Virus record (IMG/VR): IMGVR_UViG_3300020045_005825
Coordinates: 1-51,233 of that record
Reading direction: 5' to 3' (one strand)
DNA length: 51,233 nt
Source of the DNA: a virus
Lineage: Duplodnaviria; Caudoviricetes
Part shown: piece after piece, positions 28,145 through 36,095 of the stretch
Numbering within the stretch: the first letter of the stretch is position 1
How the letters are laid out: the number at the start of each line of letters is the position of its first letter
Position numbers and translations under genes: made by a program
Notes under the pieces: generated by a model
The model's input: only the letters and a program-made list of their open reading frames with translations
Databases searched by the model: none
Told to the model about the DNA's origin: nothing

Positions 28145-28584
28145 ACCCGAAAACGTTCATAATAGCAATAGGGCTGATAATAATCTTATCGGCCTTTGTT
28201 AATTTAGGCAACTTCTGGGAGTATTGCTTTATGCTCGTGGACGTGATTTGCTGGGAGGTTGTTTACGTTGTATTGACCATTGCGTACATTCAGTCGGTCG
28301 GGCATAGAAACTGTCTTAAATGGGCTAATTTCGTTTATTCGGCTTTGTTGTCGATTATTCTGGCAAGCGGTTTGCTCGACATAGTGTATCAGGCATACGC
28401 AACAGTAGTAAGGATTGAAGTCGGCACGAACGTTCGCGGATGGGATTACTATTCCGAGGCCGCGCGATTGATTGATAAAGGACAGCCTTTGTATATTTGT
28501 TCGCATAACTTTACGTTGGGGTTGGTAGCGATTGTATTGTTCCTTTTCATTTTCTGCTCCGGTTGGTTGTATGGTAAGAAATAA
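28141..28584 (+). CDS. multi-pass membrane protein
   Basis: About four hydrophobic segments. Confidence 0.65.
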   Translation: MNPKTFIIAIGLIIILSAFVNLGNFWEYCFMLVDVICWEVVYVVLTIAYIQSVGHRNCLKWANFVYSALLSIILASGLLDIVYQAYATVVRIEVGTNVRGWDYYSEAARLIDKGQPLYICSHNFTLGLVAIVLFLFIFCSGWLYGKK

Positions 28585-28588
28585 TTCA

Positions 28589-28661
28589 TATATTTGAATC
28601 AGTTTCATGATTGATTTAAAATAGTTAGGGATTAAGCCGTTATTATGTAGCGGCTTTTTTT
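28589..28661 (+). ncRNA. candidate small RNA unit 1 (promoter, ~60 nt, terminator)
   Basis: TTG-N19-TATATTTG promoter, no + ORF, terminator AAGCCGTTAT/GTAGCGGCTT plus T run. Confidence 0.5.
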
Positions 28662-28662
28662 G

Positions 28663-28771
28663 TACATTTACAATCGGTTAAGCTGTGCAACAAGAATCGG
28701 GTATTTCCGATTCAGTTTCATTCGTTTGATTTACATTCATAGAATCCGCTGCTCCTACGTGGCGGATTTTT
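28663..28771 (+). ncRNA. candidate small RNA unit 2
   Basis: TACATTTA promoter variant, hairpin GAATCGG/CCGATTC, TCAGTTTCAT shared with unit 1, terminator AATCCGCTGC/GTGGCGGATT. Confidence 0.45.
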
Positions 28772-28811
28772 AATTTAGAATGGTTCTTTGGAAAGTATTT
28801 TGTAAATTTGC

Positions 28812-29033
28812 TTTGTTCTTATGTAAATCATAACACAAATCACTTTCTATCTGTGGGCTTCTTGAGACTTGCCCGATAGTGGTAGAGGAAAAATGAGTTG
28901 AGACCGAATTCCAATCGGGCGTTGTTTATGATTTTTCGGTCAAGCACAAATAATAGTTGGGGTTGGCGACCCATCAGCCGAACCATTGGAACGGCTAGGA
29001 ACCAAGCCCCTCGATTAATTTCAGGGGCTTTTT
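28812..29033 (+). ncRNA. candidate ~220-nt pseudoknotted structured RNA
   Basis: TAAATTTG at 28803-10; four long-range helices, two hairpins, terminator 29004-29033. Confidence 0.6.
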
Positions 29034-29055
29034 GCATTTATATGAATGGAATTTT

Positions 29056-29063
29056 TATCTTTG
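29056..29063 (+). promoter_or_regulatory. Bacteroidetes -7 promoter box
   Basis: TATCTTTG after terminator. Confidence 0.6.
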
Positions 29064-29089
29064 GGCATAATAACCTAAATAACAACGAT

Positions 29090-29149
29090 ATGAAAACGCA
29101 AGACACAGTTATTGGAGCAATCACTATCAACGACATAATCGACGGATAA
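29090..29149 (+). CDS. 19-aa peptide MKTQDTVIGAITINDIIDG
   Basis: First ATG in good context after promoter 29056; abuts next gene. Confidence 0.4.
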   Translation: MKTQDTVIGAITINDIIDG

Positions 29150-29150
29150 C

Positions 29151-29342
29151 ATGGGCTTAAATATCAAAAGGAAACGGAACTGGTTTACTGGAAAATTAGA
29201 GTGGAAATGGAACCTTACAGCCAAGAACCACAAGGTAATAATCCCTATGAGTGAGGGCTATAACAATGAAGCTGATATGGTTCATAATATTAAGATAAGT
29301 TCTGAAACATTGATTAATGAAATAAAAAGATTGTCGTTATGA
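29151..29342 (+). CDS. YegP/DUF1508-like protein
   Basis: WKWNLTAKNHKVI..SEGY.N..D....I pattern. Confidence 0.65.
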   Translation: MGLNIKRKRNWFTGKLEWKWNLTAKNHKVIIPMSEGYNNEADMVHNIKISSETLINEIKRLSL

Positions 29343-29701
29343 ATAGTCGCACACTACTACACGTATTAGTCGGAACTGCAGCCTGTTTCGATATTTTTTG
29401 CATTTTTGGATTCGTTACCGAATTCCCCGGGCTTGAAAAATGGATCGGTTCATTCCTGATATCGCTGGTACTCATTGGCGGCGCAGGTATGTATTGGGAA
29501 ATGAAGCTGCAAGACTTATTTGGGTCTAAATTCGATTGGCTTGATGTTTTGGCAGCTGCAGTTGTCGGGAATGCAGTCGGGGTCGTGTTAGGCAATTTGT
29601 GGCCTAGCAATATTTGGCTGCTATGGTCGTTAAACGTTGCCTCAATATTCTTTGTCGGGCGCGACTTGGTAAAATACTATAACATCAAACACAAAGCCTG
29701 A
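29339..29701 (+). CDS. membrane protein (holin-like)
   Basis: Four hydrophobic segments, FDWLD motif. Confidence 0.6.
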   Translation: MNSRTLLHVLVGTAACFDIFCIFGFVTEFPGLEKWIGSFLISLVLIGGAGMYWEMKLQDLFGSKFDWLDVLAAAVVGNAVGVVLGNLWPSNIWLLWSLNVASIFFVGRDLVKYYNIKHKA

Positions 29702-29784
29702 TGCCGATACTATTTGGAATAGCGATAATTTTAAGCGTTGTAATCGGCTGCGAGGCGGCTATATATTTTAAGAGAAAAGCATGA
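29701..29784 (+). CDS. 27-aa single-TM peptide
   Basis: MPILFGIAIILSVVIGCEAAIYFKRKA*, coupled on both sides (TGATG, ATGA). Confidence 0.55.
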   Translation: MPILFGIAIILSVVIGCEAAIYFKRKA

Positions 29785-30008
29785 TAATCGCCAAAGAAAA
29801 CATCAAGCCTATACTCGCGTTCACAATAGTAATATTGGGATTCGCTTATTTTTTCCTTACTACATTCACGGGCGTAAAGCCAAACGACCAGATACTAATC
29901 GCCATTGTTGGAACGATGGGGTTAGCCACAGGATATTACTTCGGTAATAGCTCGGGTAGTGCTGCGAAGGACGCAACCATTACCGATTTAACCAAAAAAC
30001 AAGAATAA
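29781..30008 (+). CDS. holin-like 2-TM protein
   Basis: GYYFGNSSGS..KD motif. Confidence 0.7.
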   Translation: MIIAKENIKPILAFTIVILGFAYFFLTTFTGVKPNDQILIAIVGTMGLATGYYFGNSSGSAAKDATITDLTKKQE

Positions 30009-30009
30009 A

Positions 30010-30177
30010 ATGCAAAAGACCACATTATTCGGAGCGATTTTAGGAGGTTTGGTATTTATCCAGACATTTACCGGAACCGAAGCGTTCGACATTTCAAAAG
30101 ATTGGCTTCAGCTAGTCGTTGGTGTAGGTATTGCCGTGCTTGGCTATGTAGCCAAAGACGACACGCCAGCCAAGTAA
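30010..30177 (+). CDS. holin-like 2-TM protein (55 aa, not in ORF track)
   Basis: MQKTTLFGAILGG...LGYVAKD. Confidence 0.7.
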   Translation: MQKTTLFGAILGGLVFIQTFTGTEAFDISKDWLQLVVGVGIAVLGYVAKDDTPAK

Positions 30178-30182
30178 CACCC

Positions 30183-30210
30183 AAGGCGCGTTCCTACTCG
30201 CGCCTTTTTT
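30183..30210 (+). terminator. intrinsic terminator
   Basis: AAGGCGCG/CGCGCCTT plus T run. Confidence 0.8.
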
Positions 30211-30231
30211 AATGCCTCAAACTACAACAAT

Positions 30232-30576
30232 ATGCCAAACAGTCCGAGAAGTTCATGGGATGCTTTATTTGAGTTTTTCGGTTTAAGCAATGGTCGAAAC
30301 AAGTTAAAGTTTGCCATATTCATTATAATAGCCCTTTGCGTTTTCGTAACTTGTAAGGTAGCGTTTTATGGACTTACAATAGTTGAAAAGTTCGTAGACA
30401 AAACAATAGACGACAACGCCAGGCTACGGCTTGAATTGAAAGAGAAAGATGCAACGATTGAAAAACAGGCCAATGACATTACAACCATTAAACTAAAATA
30501 CTTTGATTGCATGAGATCAAACAAGAAAATCGATACGCTGATTAAATACATCAAGGATGATAAGAAAAGCAATTGA
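30232..30576 (+). CDS. TM plus coiled-coil protein (holin or i-spanin-like)
   Basis: One TM then coiled coil, in lysis region. Confidence 0.6.
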   Translation: MPNSPRSSWDALFEFFGLSNGRNKLKFAIFIIIALCVFVTCKVAFYGLTIVEKFVDKTIDDNARLRLELKEKDATIEKQANDITTIKLKYFDCMRSNKKIDTLIKYIKDDKKSN

Positions 30577-30763
30577 AATATTATGTATTTTAGGGATGCT
30601 GTTTTTTCTTTGCAGCGATACCACCATTGATAAACTGGAAATACCAGTTGAGCCCGTTGTAATTCATCATGCACCAGGCGACAACATTAACGTTGAAATT
30701 AACCGACTTGAGCAGGAACGCGATCGGAAATTAACCGAGGCGTTGGAGCTTTTGTTTAAATAA
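30557..30763 (+). CDS. putative lipoprotein (o-spanin-like)
   Basis: LGMLFFL-CSD; overlaps upstream TM gene. Confidence 0.5.
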   Translation: MIRKAIEILCILGMLFFLCSDTTIDKLEIPVEPVVIHHAPGDNINVEINRLEQERDRKLTEALELLFK

Positions 30764-30769
30764 CCAAAG

Positions 30770-31162
30770 ATGGAACTAACAGTAAAAAGAACAACAGCCA
30801 CGAAACGCTCAACGATGGGCGAATTATACATCAACGGTAAATTCGAGTGCTACACACTCGAGGATGTTGAGCGGGCCGAAAAGATTAAAGGACAAACCGC
30901 AATATCTAAAGGCCGGTACGAAGTTAAAATAACGATGTCTAATCGCTTCAAAAAGGAATTGCCTATCTTGTTGAACGTTCCGAATTTTGAAGGCGTTAGG
31001 ATTCATTCTGGAAATACCTCTGAGCAGACCGAGGGCTGCATTTTGCTTGGCCGAACCAAATCAGCAGACTTTATCGGAGAGTCGCGTTTGGCAATGGATA
31101 CGTTTATGCCTAAACTAGCGGCAGCATTGAAAACCGAGCGGGTGTTTATTACGGTGGTGTGA
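30770..31162 (+). CDS. putative endolysin, DUF5675 family
   Basis: STMGELY..CYTLED..VPNFEGVRIHSGNT...TEGCILLG. Confidence 0.85.
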   Translation: MELTVKRTTATKRSTMGELYINGKFECYTLEDVERAEKIKGQTAISKGRYEVKITMSNRFKKELPILLNVPNFEGVRIHSGNTSEQTEGCILLGRTKSADFIGESRLAMDTFMPKLAAALKTERVFITVV

Positions 31163-31187
31163 TAACTGCCTTGCTTGTGTTTACTTC

Positions 31188-31213
31188 AACCACCTCAATC
31201 GGGGTGGTTTTTT
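31188..31213 (+). terminator. intrinsic terminator
   Basis: AACCACCTC/GGGGTGGTT plus T run. Confidence 0.85.
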
Positions 31214-31286
31214 ATTTGGAATGATTCTATATTACAAAATTAGTGGGCACGTTTTTGCGTGGGTACGGAAATGTTTTGTAGTTTTA
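31214..31286 (+). promoter_or_regulatory. early promoter region with Fur-like palindrome and GTGGGYACG direct repeats
   Basis: ATTTGGAATGATTCTATAT; GTGGGCACG 31243 and GTGGGTACG 31259; TAGTTTTA. Confidence 0.5.
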
Positions 31287-31314
31287 CGGTATCAAACTAA
31301 AAGATATAGAAATT

Positions 31315-31587
31315 ATGGAAACCTGCTTAAAAACAACAGTCCTTAAAGCCTCAAGAAAAGCAGCTTTGGACGTAGCTAATTCAGTAAGGCAATACAAACC
31401 GTTTCAAATAATCGAGGAAGGCAAAGATATTACGATAAAAGCGCCTCTAAAAGATAATGCCGGTACCTGGATTAAAAATGAGGAAACTGGTAAAATCAAA
31501 AGGTTTGTTATAATGGAGTACAAAGATAACAACGGGCTACCCACCTTAAAGTACAATCCAGAAGTAATCACTATCGAAATACAATAA
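31315..31587 (+). CDS. hypothetical protein
   Basis: First gene of early operon. Confidence 0.65.
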   Translation: METCLKTTVLKASRKAALDVANSVRQYKPFQIIEEGKDITIKAPLKDNAGTWIKNEETGKIKRFVIMEYKDNNGLPTLKYNPEVITIEIQ

Positions 31588-31589
31588 CC

Positions 31590-31799
31590 ATGAAACAACC
31601 ACCCAAACTCCTATTCGGCAAATATCGCTACTCCGAATCCGACATACAAAACCACGGCGGGCTTGCCAATCTTAAAAAGGCGATCCTTGCAGCGCGCAAC
31701 CTTGACAAAGACGAACTCGACAAACTAACAGCCCGCCTATCCAAATCCGCGCAACAGGAAGCGATGGAGAGGAGTGCGGCGGTTGATACTAACGATTAA
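31590..31799 (+). CDS. small hypothetical protein, possible autoregulator
   Basis: 69 aa; KYRYSESDIQNHGGLANLKK. Confidence 0.55.
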   Translation: MKQPPKLLFGKYRYSESDIQNHGGLANLKKAILAARNLDKDELDKLTARLSKSAQQEAMERSAAVDTND

Positions 31800-31810
31800 A
31801 AATAGGGATT

Positions 31811-32116
31811 ATGGAATTTAAACACGAAACAATAATAGAAACCTCTAAAAAAGAAACTGTAATACACCCTTCCGAATTCGATGCTTTCGGATTACCCGTG
31901 CCATCGCACAGGAAGCAAGCAGCTTACAAGTGGCTAAAGGATGAAATAGGGTTCAGCACTAAGCTATCACAATCTATAATAGGTAAAGCCGCGCATTTCG
32001 TAGAAAAGGACGAAACGGTTCATATAATTGGCGACGTAACATCTCTAGATGAAGATTTAAGGAATTTAGATTTAACTGGCAGATATAGATTATTATCGAT
32101 GCTTGTAACCAATTAG
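31811..32116 (+). CDS. hypothetical protein
   Basis: 101 aa. Confidence 0.65.
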   Translation: MEFKHETIIETSKKETVIHPSEFDAFGLPVPSHRKQAAYKWLKDEIGFSTKLSQSIIGKAAHFVEKDETVHIIGDVTSLDEDLRNLDLTGRYRLLSMLVTN

Positions 32117-32162
32117 CCGCCAACCAAAAAAAACAAATAATCAAATTTAAAATAGTAGAGAT

Positions 32163-32642
32163 ATGGAAACAACGGAAAATTTAAAAATAGTTCAGCGCCT
32201 TTTAGAATTGGCTAAAAACGAATTAGAATATAGCACTTATCCGAAGCCTTTTAAAGAAGAACATATTTTCTTACCGAACGTTTTAAATAGCGCGTTGAAA
32301 GATTTGGAAAATGAGTTTTCGGAAAAATTCAAACGTTGTGTCGGAGCGTATAAATCTACACTCAAAGAACAGAAAAAGGGTTACGGTTGGTTTCACTCAC
32401 CTGAAAATCTAATCTATATCAATATGAAAATTAACCAACTGAAATGGGTTGTTTACGGCGACCGGTTTGTTAGAGAAATTAGATTTAATGAGGAACTCGG
32501 AAATAAGGCATATAAAGACCTAATTGACCAAATTGATTGTACGGTATTGATGTCGGAAACAAAAAGAAAAGCACACGCTAAAAAATGTAATGAAATGGCT
32601 ATAAGAATAGTTAACGAGATTTTAGAAAAGGAAAAAGTTTAA
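32163..32642 (+). CDS. hypothetical protein
   Basis: 159 aa. Confidence 0.7.
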   Translation: METTENLKIVQRLLELAKNELEYSTYPKPFKEEHIFLPNVLNSALKDLENEFSEKFKRCVGAYKSTLKEQKKGYGWFHSPENLIYINMKINQLKWVVYGDRFVREIRFNEELGNKAYKDLIDQIDCTVLMSETKRKAHAKKCNEMAIRIVNEILEKEKV

Positions 32643-32676
32643 CCCACCTCCCTCAAAAGGATAAAACAAAACGAAT

Positions 32677-33042
32677 ATGAAAGATTTGAAGATTACGAAA
32701 GAAAAGGTCTATGCTGTTGAATATGCTGGATTTATTTTTATTCAGGTAGGCAAAAAATACGGAGACAGAAATCTATTGGATTTTGAGCAGGTCGGTGAAG
32801 AGCAAGCGACGGCAAATGCCGCTTTGTTTTTGGACGCCATATCAATCGCCAACGAAACAGGCAAAATGCCACAGGAGCTTTTGAATGAGCGTAATGAGTT
32901 GTTGGAGGCGTTGAAGGAATTACACTCTCAAACATTATACGCTATCGATGAAAACGATTCTCGGGCAGGATATACGCATAAGCCATCGGCATTGTTTGAT
33001 AAAGTTGACGGTTTAATCTCAAAAATAGAAAGCAATGAGTGA
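32677..33042 (+). CDS. hypothetical phage protein
   Basis: ANA..., P.ELL..RNELLEALK motif common in phage early proteins. Confidence 0.7.
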   Translation: MKDLKITKEKVYAVEYAGFIFIQVGKKYGDRNLLDFEQVGEEQATANAALFLDAISIANETGKMPQELLNERNELLEALKELHSQTLYAIDENDSRAGYTHKPSALFDKVDGLISKIESNE

Positions 33043-33430
33043 GTTACGCAAATTAATCCGTTCCGTGAAGTTTACAATTTTTGCCGATTGTAATGATTGT
33101 GGTCGTATTGTACCGACTGGCACGCCGTCTGACAGAACTACGCAGGAACTCGAACAAATCGCCCAATCCTACGCCGACAAGCAAAGCGAGAGAAATTGGA
33201 TTAGCGTTGAAGATAGGTTGCCTGAAATGGTAAAGAACAAAAATATTGATAATTGGCAAGAAAGTTTGCCGTGTGCTGTTCTCATTAAAAACAAAACTCA
33301 TGAAATCGGATTTTTAAACGGAAATATTGAAGACAATGGAGAAGGTATGTATCAAACTTGGTTTTGTCCTCAGACAGACGATATTATATTAGGTGTTACC
33401 CATTGGTTTCCACTTCCGTTAAACCTTTAA
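33035..33430 (+). CDS. DUF551 family protein
   Basis: WISVEDRLPE ... VTHWFPLP. Confidence 0.8.
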   Translation: MSELRKLIRSVKFTIFADCNDCGRIVPTGTPSDRTTQELEQIAQSYADKQSERNWISVEDRLPEMVKNKNIDNWQESLPCAVLIKNKTHEIGFLNGNIEDNGEGMYQTWFCPQTDDIILGVTHWFPLPLNL

Positions 33431-33468
33431 ATAAAAACAATTTACTATTCAAAAAAAAATCAATAGTT

Positions 33469-33747
33469 ATGGAAAGAAATTTAATTTTTGCAGCGAGAAT
33501 AAATGATTCTCAATTAACTGGATTAGTAGAAATAAAGCAAGGTTCTAAGACTTTACCAGAGGTTTACTGCTATTGTTCTGAAGAAGTGGCTAAAGAGATT
33601 TTATCTATGAAAGCTACTTCAAAAAAATGGGGTAAACTCGCCGAGGACATCGGCAAGTATTACGCCGAAAAAGATGAAGAAGATTTAGAGGACGGGAATC
33701 TATGTGATATTGGTAAAACTGCCGCAATGGCTTTTGGATATTTATAA
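33469..33747 (+). CDS. hypothetical protein
   Basis: Likely start MERNLIF; upstream extension overlaps DUF551 gene. Confidence 0.65.
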   Translation: MERNLIFAARINDSQLTGLVEIKQGSKTLPEVYCYCSEEVAKEILSMKATSKKWGKLAEDIGKYYAEKDEEDLEDGNLCDIGKTAAMAFGYL

Positions 33748-33749
33748 CC

Positions 33750-34274
33750 ATGCAACACCTCACCCAAACGAAAGTACCAGTTTTATTCGTCGCTGTACCG
33801 GAGGGCGCGAAAGACTTTAAATTGATTGATAATGAGTTGATTTATACAATTCACGTCGAAGCAAATATGAGTATCAACGACGGTAAAGGTTACGATACCG
33901 AAGAAAGTATTCAAGGCGATTTTGATGGCTTTCAAATCCTAGATTTCTCCGATTCACTAACTGACGACCAAAAGGAATTGATTGTAGAGTTCCTTGACTT
34001 TGGTTCCTATAAAGTTTACAGAAACTACGACAATCGCTATTCGTACTTCAAAGAAGATGGCAGAAACAAGGCATACGCCTCATTACTCCAACGTGAGCAA
34101 ATCTATTCGGTTAATCCGTTTGGGGAAGAACCAAACTTTTCATTACAATTCTTAGATAAAAGAGTTCCGTCAGATTATGAAATTAGCCATCGTGATTTAG
34201 ATAGTATTCGTGACCAATGGCAAACCGCCCAAACCCGAACAAAAACATGGCTGGTACTCGCGGCTGTAAAATAA
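33750..34274 (+). CDS. hypothetical protein
   Basis: 174 aa; VAVPEGAKDF. Confidence 0.7.
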   Translation: MQHLTQTKVPVLFVAVPEGAKDFKLIDNELIYTIHVEANMSINDGKGYDTEESIQGDFDGFQILDFSDSLTDDQKELIVEFLDFGSYKVYRNYDNRYSYFKEDGRNKAYASLLQREQIYSVNPFGEEPNFSLQFLDKRVPSDYEISHRDLDSIRDQWQTAQTRTKTWLVLAAVK

Positions 34275-34279
34275 GGATT

Positions 34280-34639
34280 ATGGAAAATAAAAATATACCC
34301 GAAGATTTAAAAGTTTATGTCGCTGTAATTCATAAGATTTTTATGGAGCGAGCGAAAAGAGACGCTGCCAATTTAAGCCGCGATTATTTCTGGAAATGGA
34401 CTTATACAGGCGACATTGCTAAAGGCGCTGGCGTTACAGTTGAGAAAGCGAGGCGAGACTTAACAAAGCTCGAAAAACTTGGAATTATCCACGCCAACCG
34501 CAGACCTAATTACATTTCGTGGGCTTATATAGCTGACGGATGGGGGCAGCACAAGTATGCGGACTATCTCTCCCAAATCCTAAAACAACCAATTAACCCC
34601 TCATCCCGTAATCGGCAGGTTTATAACCAGACACCGTAA
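34280..34639 (+). CDS. winged helix-turn-helix DNA-binding protein
   Basis: Likely start MENKNIP; TGDIAKGAGVTVEKARRDLTKLEKLGII. Confidence 0.7.
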   Translation: MENKNIPEDLKVYVAVIHKIFMERAKRDAANLSRDYFWKWTYTGDIAKGAGVTVEKARRDLTKLEKLGIIHANRRPNYISWAYIADGWGQHKYADYLSQILKQPINPSSRNRQVYNQTP

Positions 34640-34688
34640 AGCTGACTAATTCTGAACTGAAACATCTAAGTAGGAAGCGGGATTTTTT
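34603..34688 (+). ncRNA. candidate structured RNA containing a 23S rRNA helix-11 mimic
   Basis: GAACTGAAACATCTAAGTA at 34654-72 closed by TTCT/GGAA; outer stem ATCCCG/CGGGAT then T run. Confidence 0.55.
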
Positions 34689-34716
34689 AAAACAACCAAT
34701 TAAAAACCAATAACGA

Positions 34717-34944
34717 ATGAAAACTAAATCGAAATTAGAAATTGCAGAAGCAGTCAACAAAATAGGAATACCGGATATGCCTACACACGTTAAATACGCA
34801 AATCGGTTGGCAGAAATAGCAATAGAGGAATGGGCAACCGAAATGGCGAACTCACAGGATCACGAAAATCAAATAGGTTTAAAACAATTTATTGTAGATG
34901 CTATTTTAGAAGGCATTGAAATGTATAAATCTGATTTGCCGTAA
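34717..34944 (+). CDS. hypothetical protein
   Basis: 75 aa, good start context. Confidence 0.65.
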   Translation: MKTKSKLEIAEAVNKIGIPDMPTHVKYANRLAEIAIEEWATEMANSQDHENQIGLKQFIVDAILEGIEMYKSDLP

Positions 34945-35006
34945 CCTCCACTAACCCCAACACTCAAAAACCTAATCGCTATTATTTTAGCGGAAATTAA
35001 AAGATT

Positions 35007-35180
35007 ATGAAAGCAGTAGCACGAGTTAAAATAAAAACCGCAAGAAATCAAGATTACATCGGAGAAGTTGGCGTAGTCGACGGATATGTTTTTGACCAAC
35101 AATCAGGACAGGTCTACGCTATTGTTTTTGTTCGCGATTTTATAATAAAAGTTAAAATAGAAAACCTAGAAACCCTTTAA
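35007..35180 (+). CDS. small KOW/SH3-like protein (57 aa, not in ORF track)
   Basis: MKAVARVKIK...YIGEVGVVDG...LETL*. Confidence 0.6.
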   Translation: MKAVARVKIKTARNQDYIGEVGVVDGYVFDQQSGQVYAIVFVRDFIIKVKIENLETL

Positions 35181-35192
35181 AACATAACACCA

Positions 35193-36017
35193 ATGAAACC
35201 AACTATTGAAAACGAGAAAGATGCGCTCTACGATGACGCGGTTAAAGTTATAAAACGGCTAAAAATGGCGTCGGCGCCAATGCTACAAAAGCATTTAGTG
35301 ATTGGCTACATGAGGGCAAATAGAATAATTGATTCACTAGAAGTAAATGGCGTCATCGGAAAGTTCGACGGCGTAAATCCACGTGAAATCTTGATTGAAT
35401 GTAATACGCCACTTTCCCCATCGGCTTCAACACCTATTAGCGATTCGTTTATAGCAATGATTGATGAAGTTGCTGAGGATTTAAAGCCCCCTATTGAAAC
35501 AACGGATGTTAAAACAGCGGAAACGCCCACAGAAATGACGCACGAACAAGCCAAAGAATTTTGTAAAAGTTTAGAGTTTGGAGACATCCTTGTCAATCAT
35601 TGGGCGAGTGACGCAAACCCAAATAAAAGAGTGATTTTTATCAAGAAAACTGTTTTAGACGGCAGGCTTTCAATATATACCGTTTCAATATCAGGCAAAG
35701 GCGACGCATATTTTCATATTTCCAAAGGATTGAATATGACTAAAGACGGTAACGCTTTCGCCGCCCTCCAAACATCCTCAAAAGTTGATGGGATTGTTAG
35801 GGAGTTGGAAGTGTTGATGCTTAGAACGTTGATAAAGCCGAATACAAGCGATAAGAGTCAAGAGTTTATTTTAGGTTACGATAATTGCCAGACTAATATC
35901 GTAGAGGACATTAAAGAACTAATCAAAAAAATCAAAGATGAAATTGAAAAAGTGAATACCGAAACTAAGCCAGCAAACCTACAATCGCTCGGCTATGATT
36001 TTGATAAAGGAATGTAG
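35193..36017 (+). CDS. FtsK gamma-domain-containing protein
   Basis: DALYDDAVKVI...ASAPMLQKHLVIGYMRANRIIDSLEVNGVIG..DG..PREIL at N-terminus; no ATPase domain. Confidence 0.8.
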   Translation: MKPTIENEKDALYDDAVKVIKRLKMASAPMLQKHLVIGYMRANRIIDSLEVNGVIGKFDGVNPREILIECNTPLSPSASTPISDSFIAMIDEVAEDLKPPIETTDVKTAETPTEMTHEQAKEFCKSLEFGDILVNHWASDANPNKRVIFIKKTVLDGRLSIYTVSISGKGDAYFHISKGLNMTKDGNAFAALQTSSKVDGIVRELEVLMLRTLIKPNTSDKSQEFILGYDNCQTNIVEDIKELIKKIKDEIEKVNTETKPANLQSLGYDFDKGM

Positions 36018-36095
36018 TCACAGCGGAGTGCGTATTCTCCGCTATACAAATGCTGATGCGTGGGGATTGTTAACTGATTTGAAAAACTTAAGATT

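Noticed and set aside
28204-28608. 134-aa minus-strand ORF with a good-looking start
   Set aside because: Antisense to a coherent membrane gene and no protein features; its start region is better explained as sRNA unit 1, though translation is not excluded.
14071-28660. Near-identical terminators at 14071 and 28634 (AAGCCGTT...GTAGCGGCTTTTTT) as mobile element ends
   Set aside because: Short, both are ordinary terminators, and there is no transposase or target duplication.
28585-29050. CRISPR mini-array or tRNA
   Set aside because: No equal-length repeats with spacers; no T-arm GTTCRA or cloverleaf found here or elsewhere by eye.
28840-29149. ORFs 28898-29149 (+) and 28840-29037 (-)
   Set aside because: They run across a structured RNA, terminator and promoter and have atypical composition; only the 19-aa tail from 29090 is plausible.
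34654-34672. rRNA gene or group II intron
   Set aside because: Only 19 nt match; no flanking rRNA helices, intron domain V or RT ORF. Kept only as an RNA-mimic finding.
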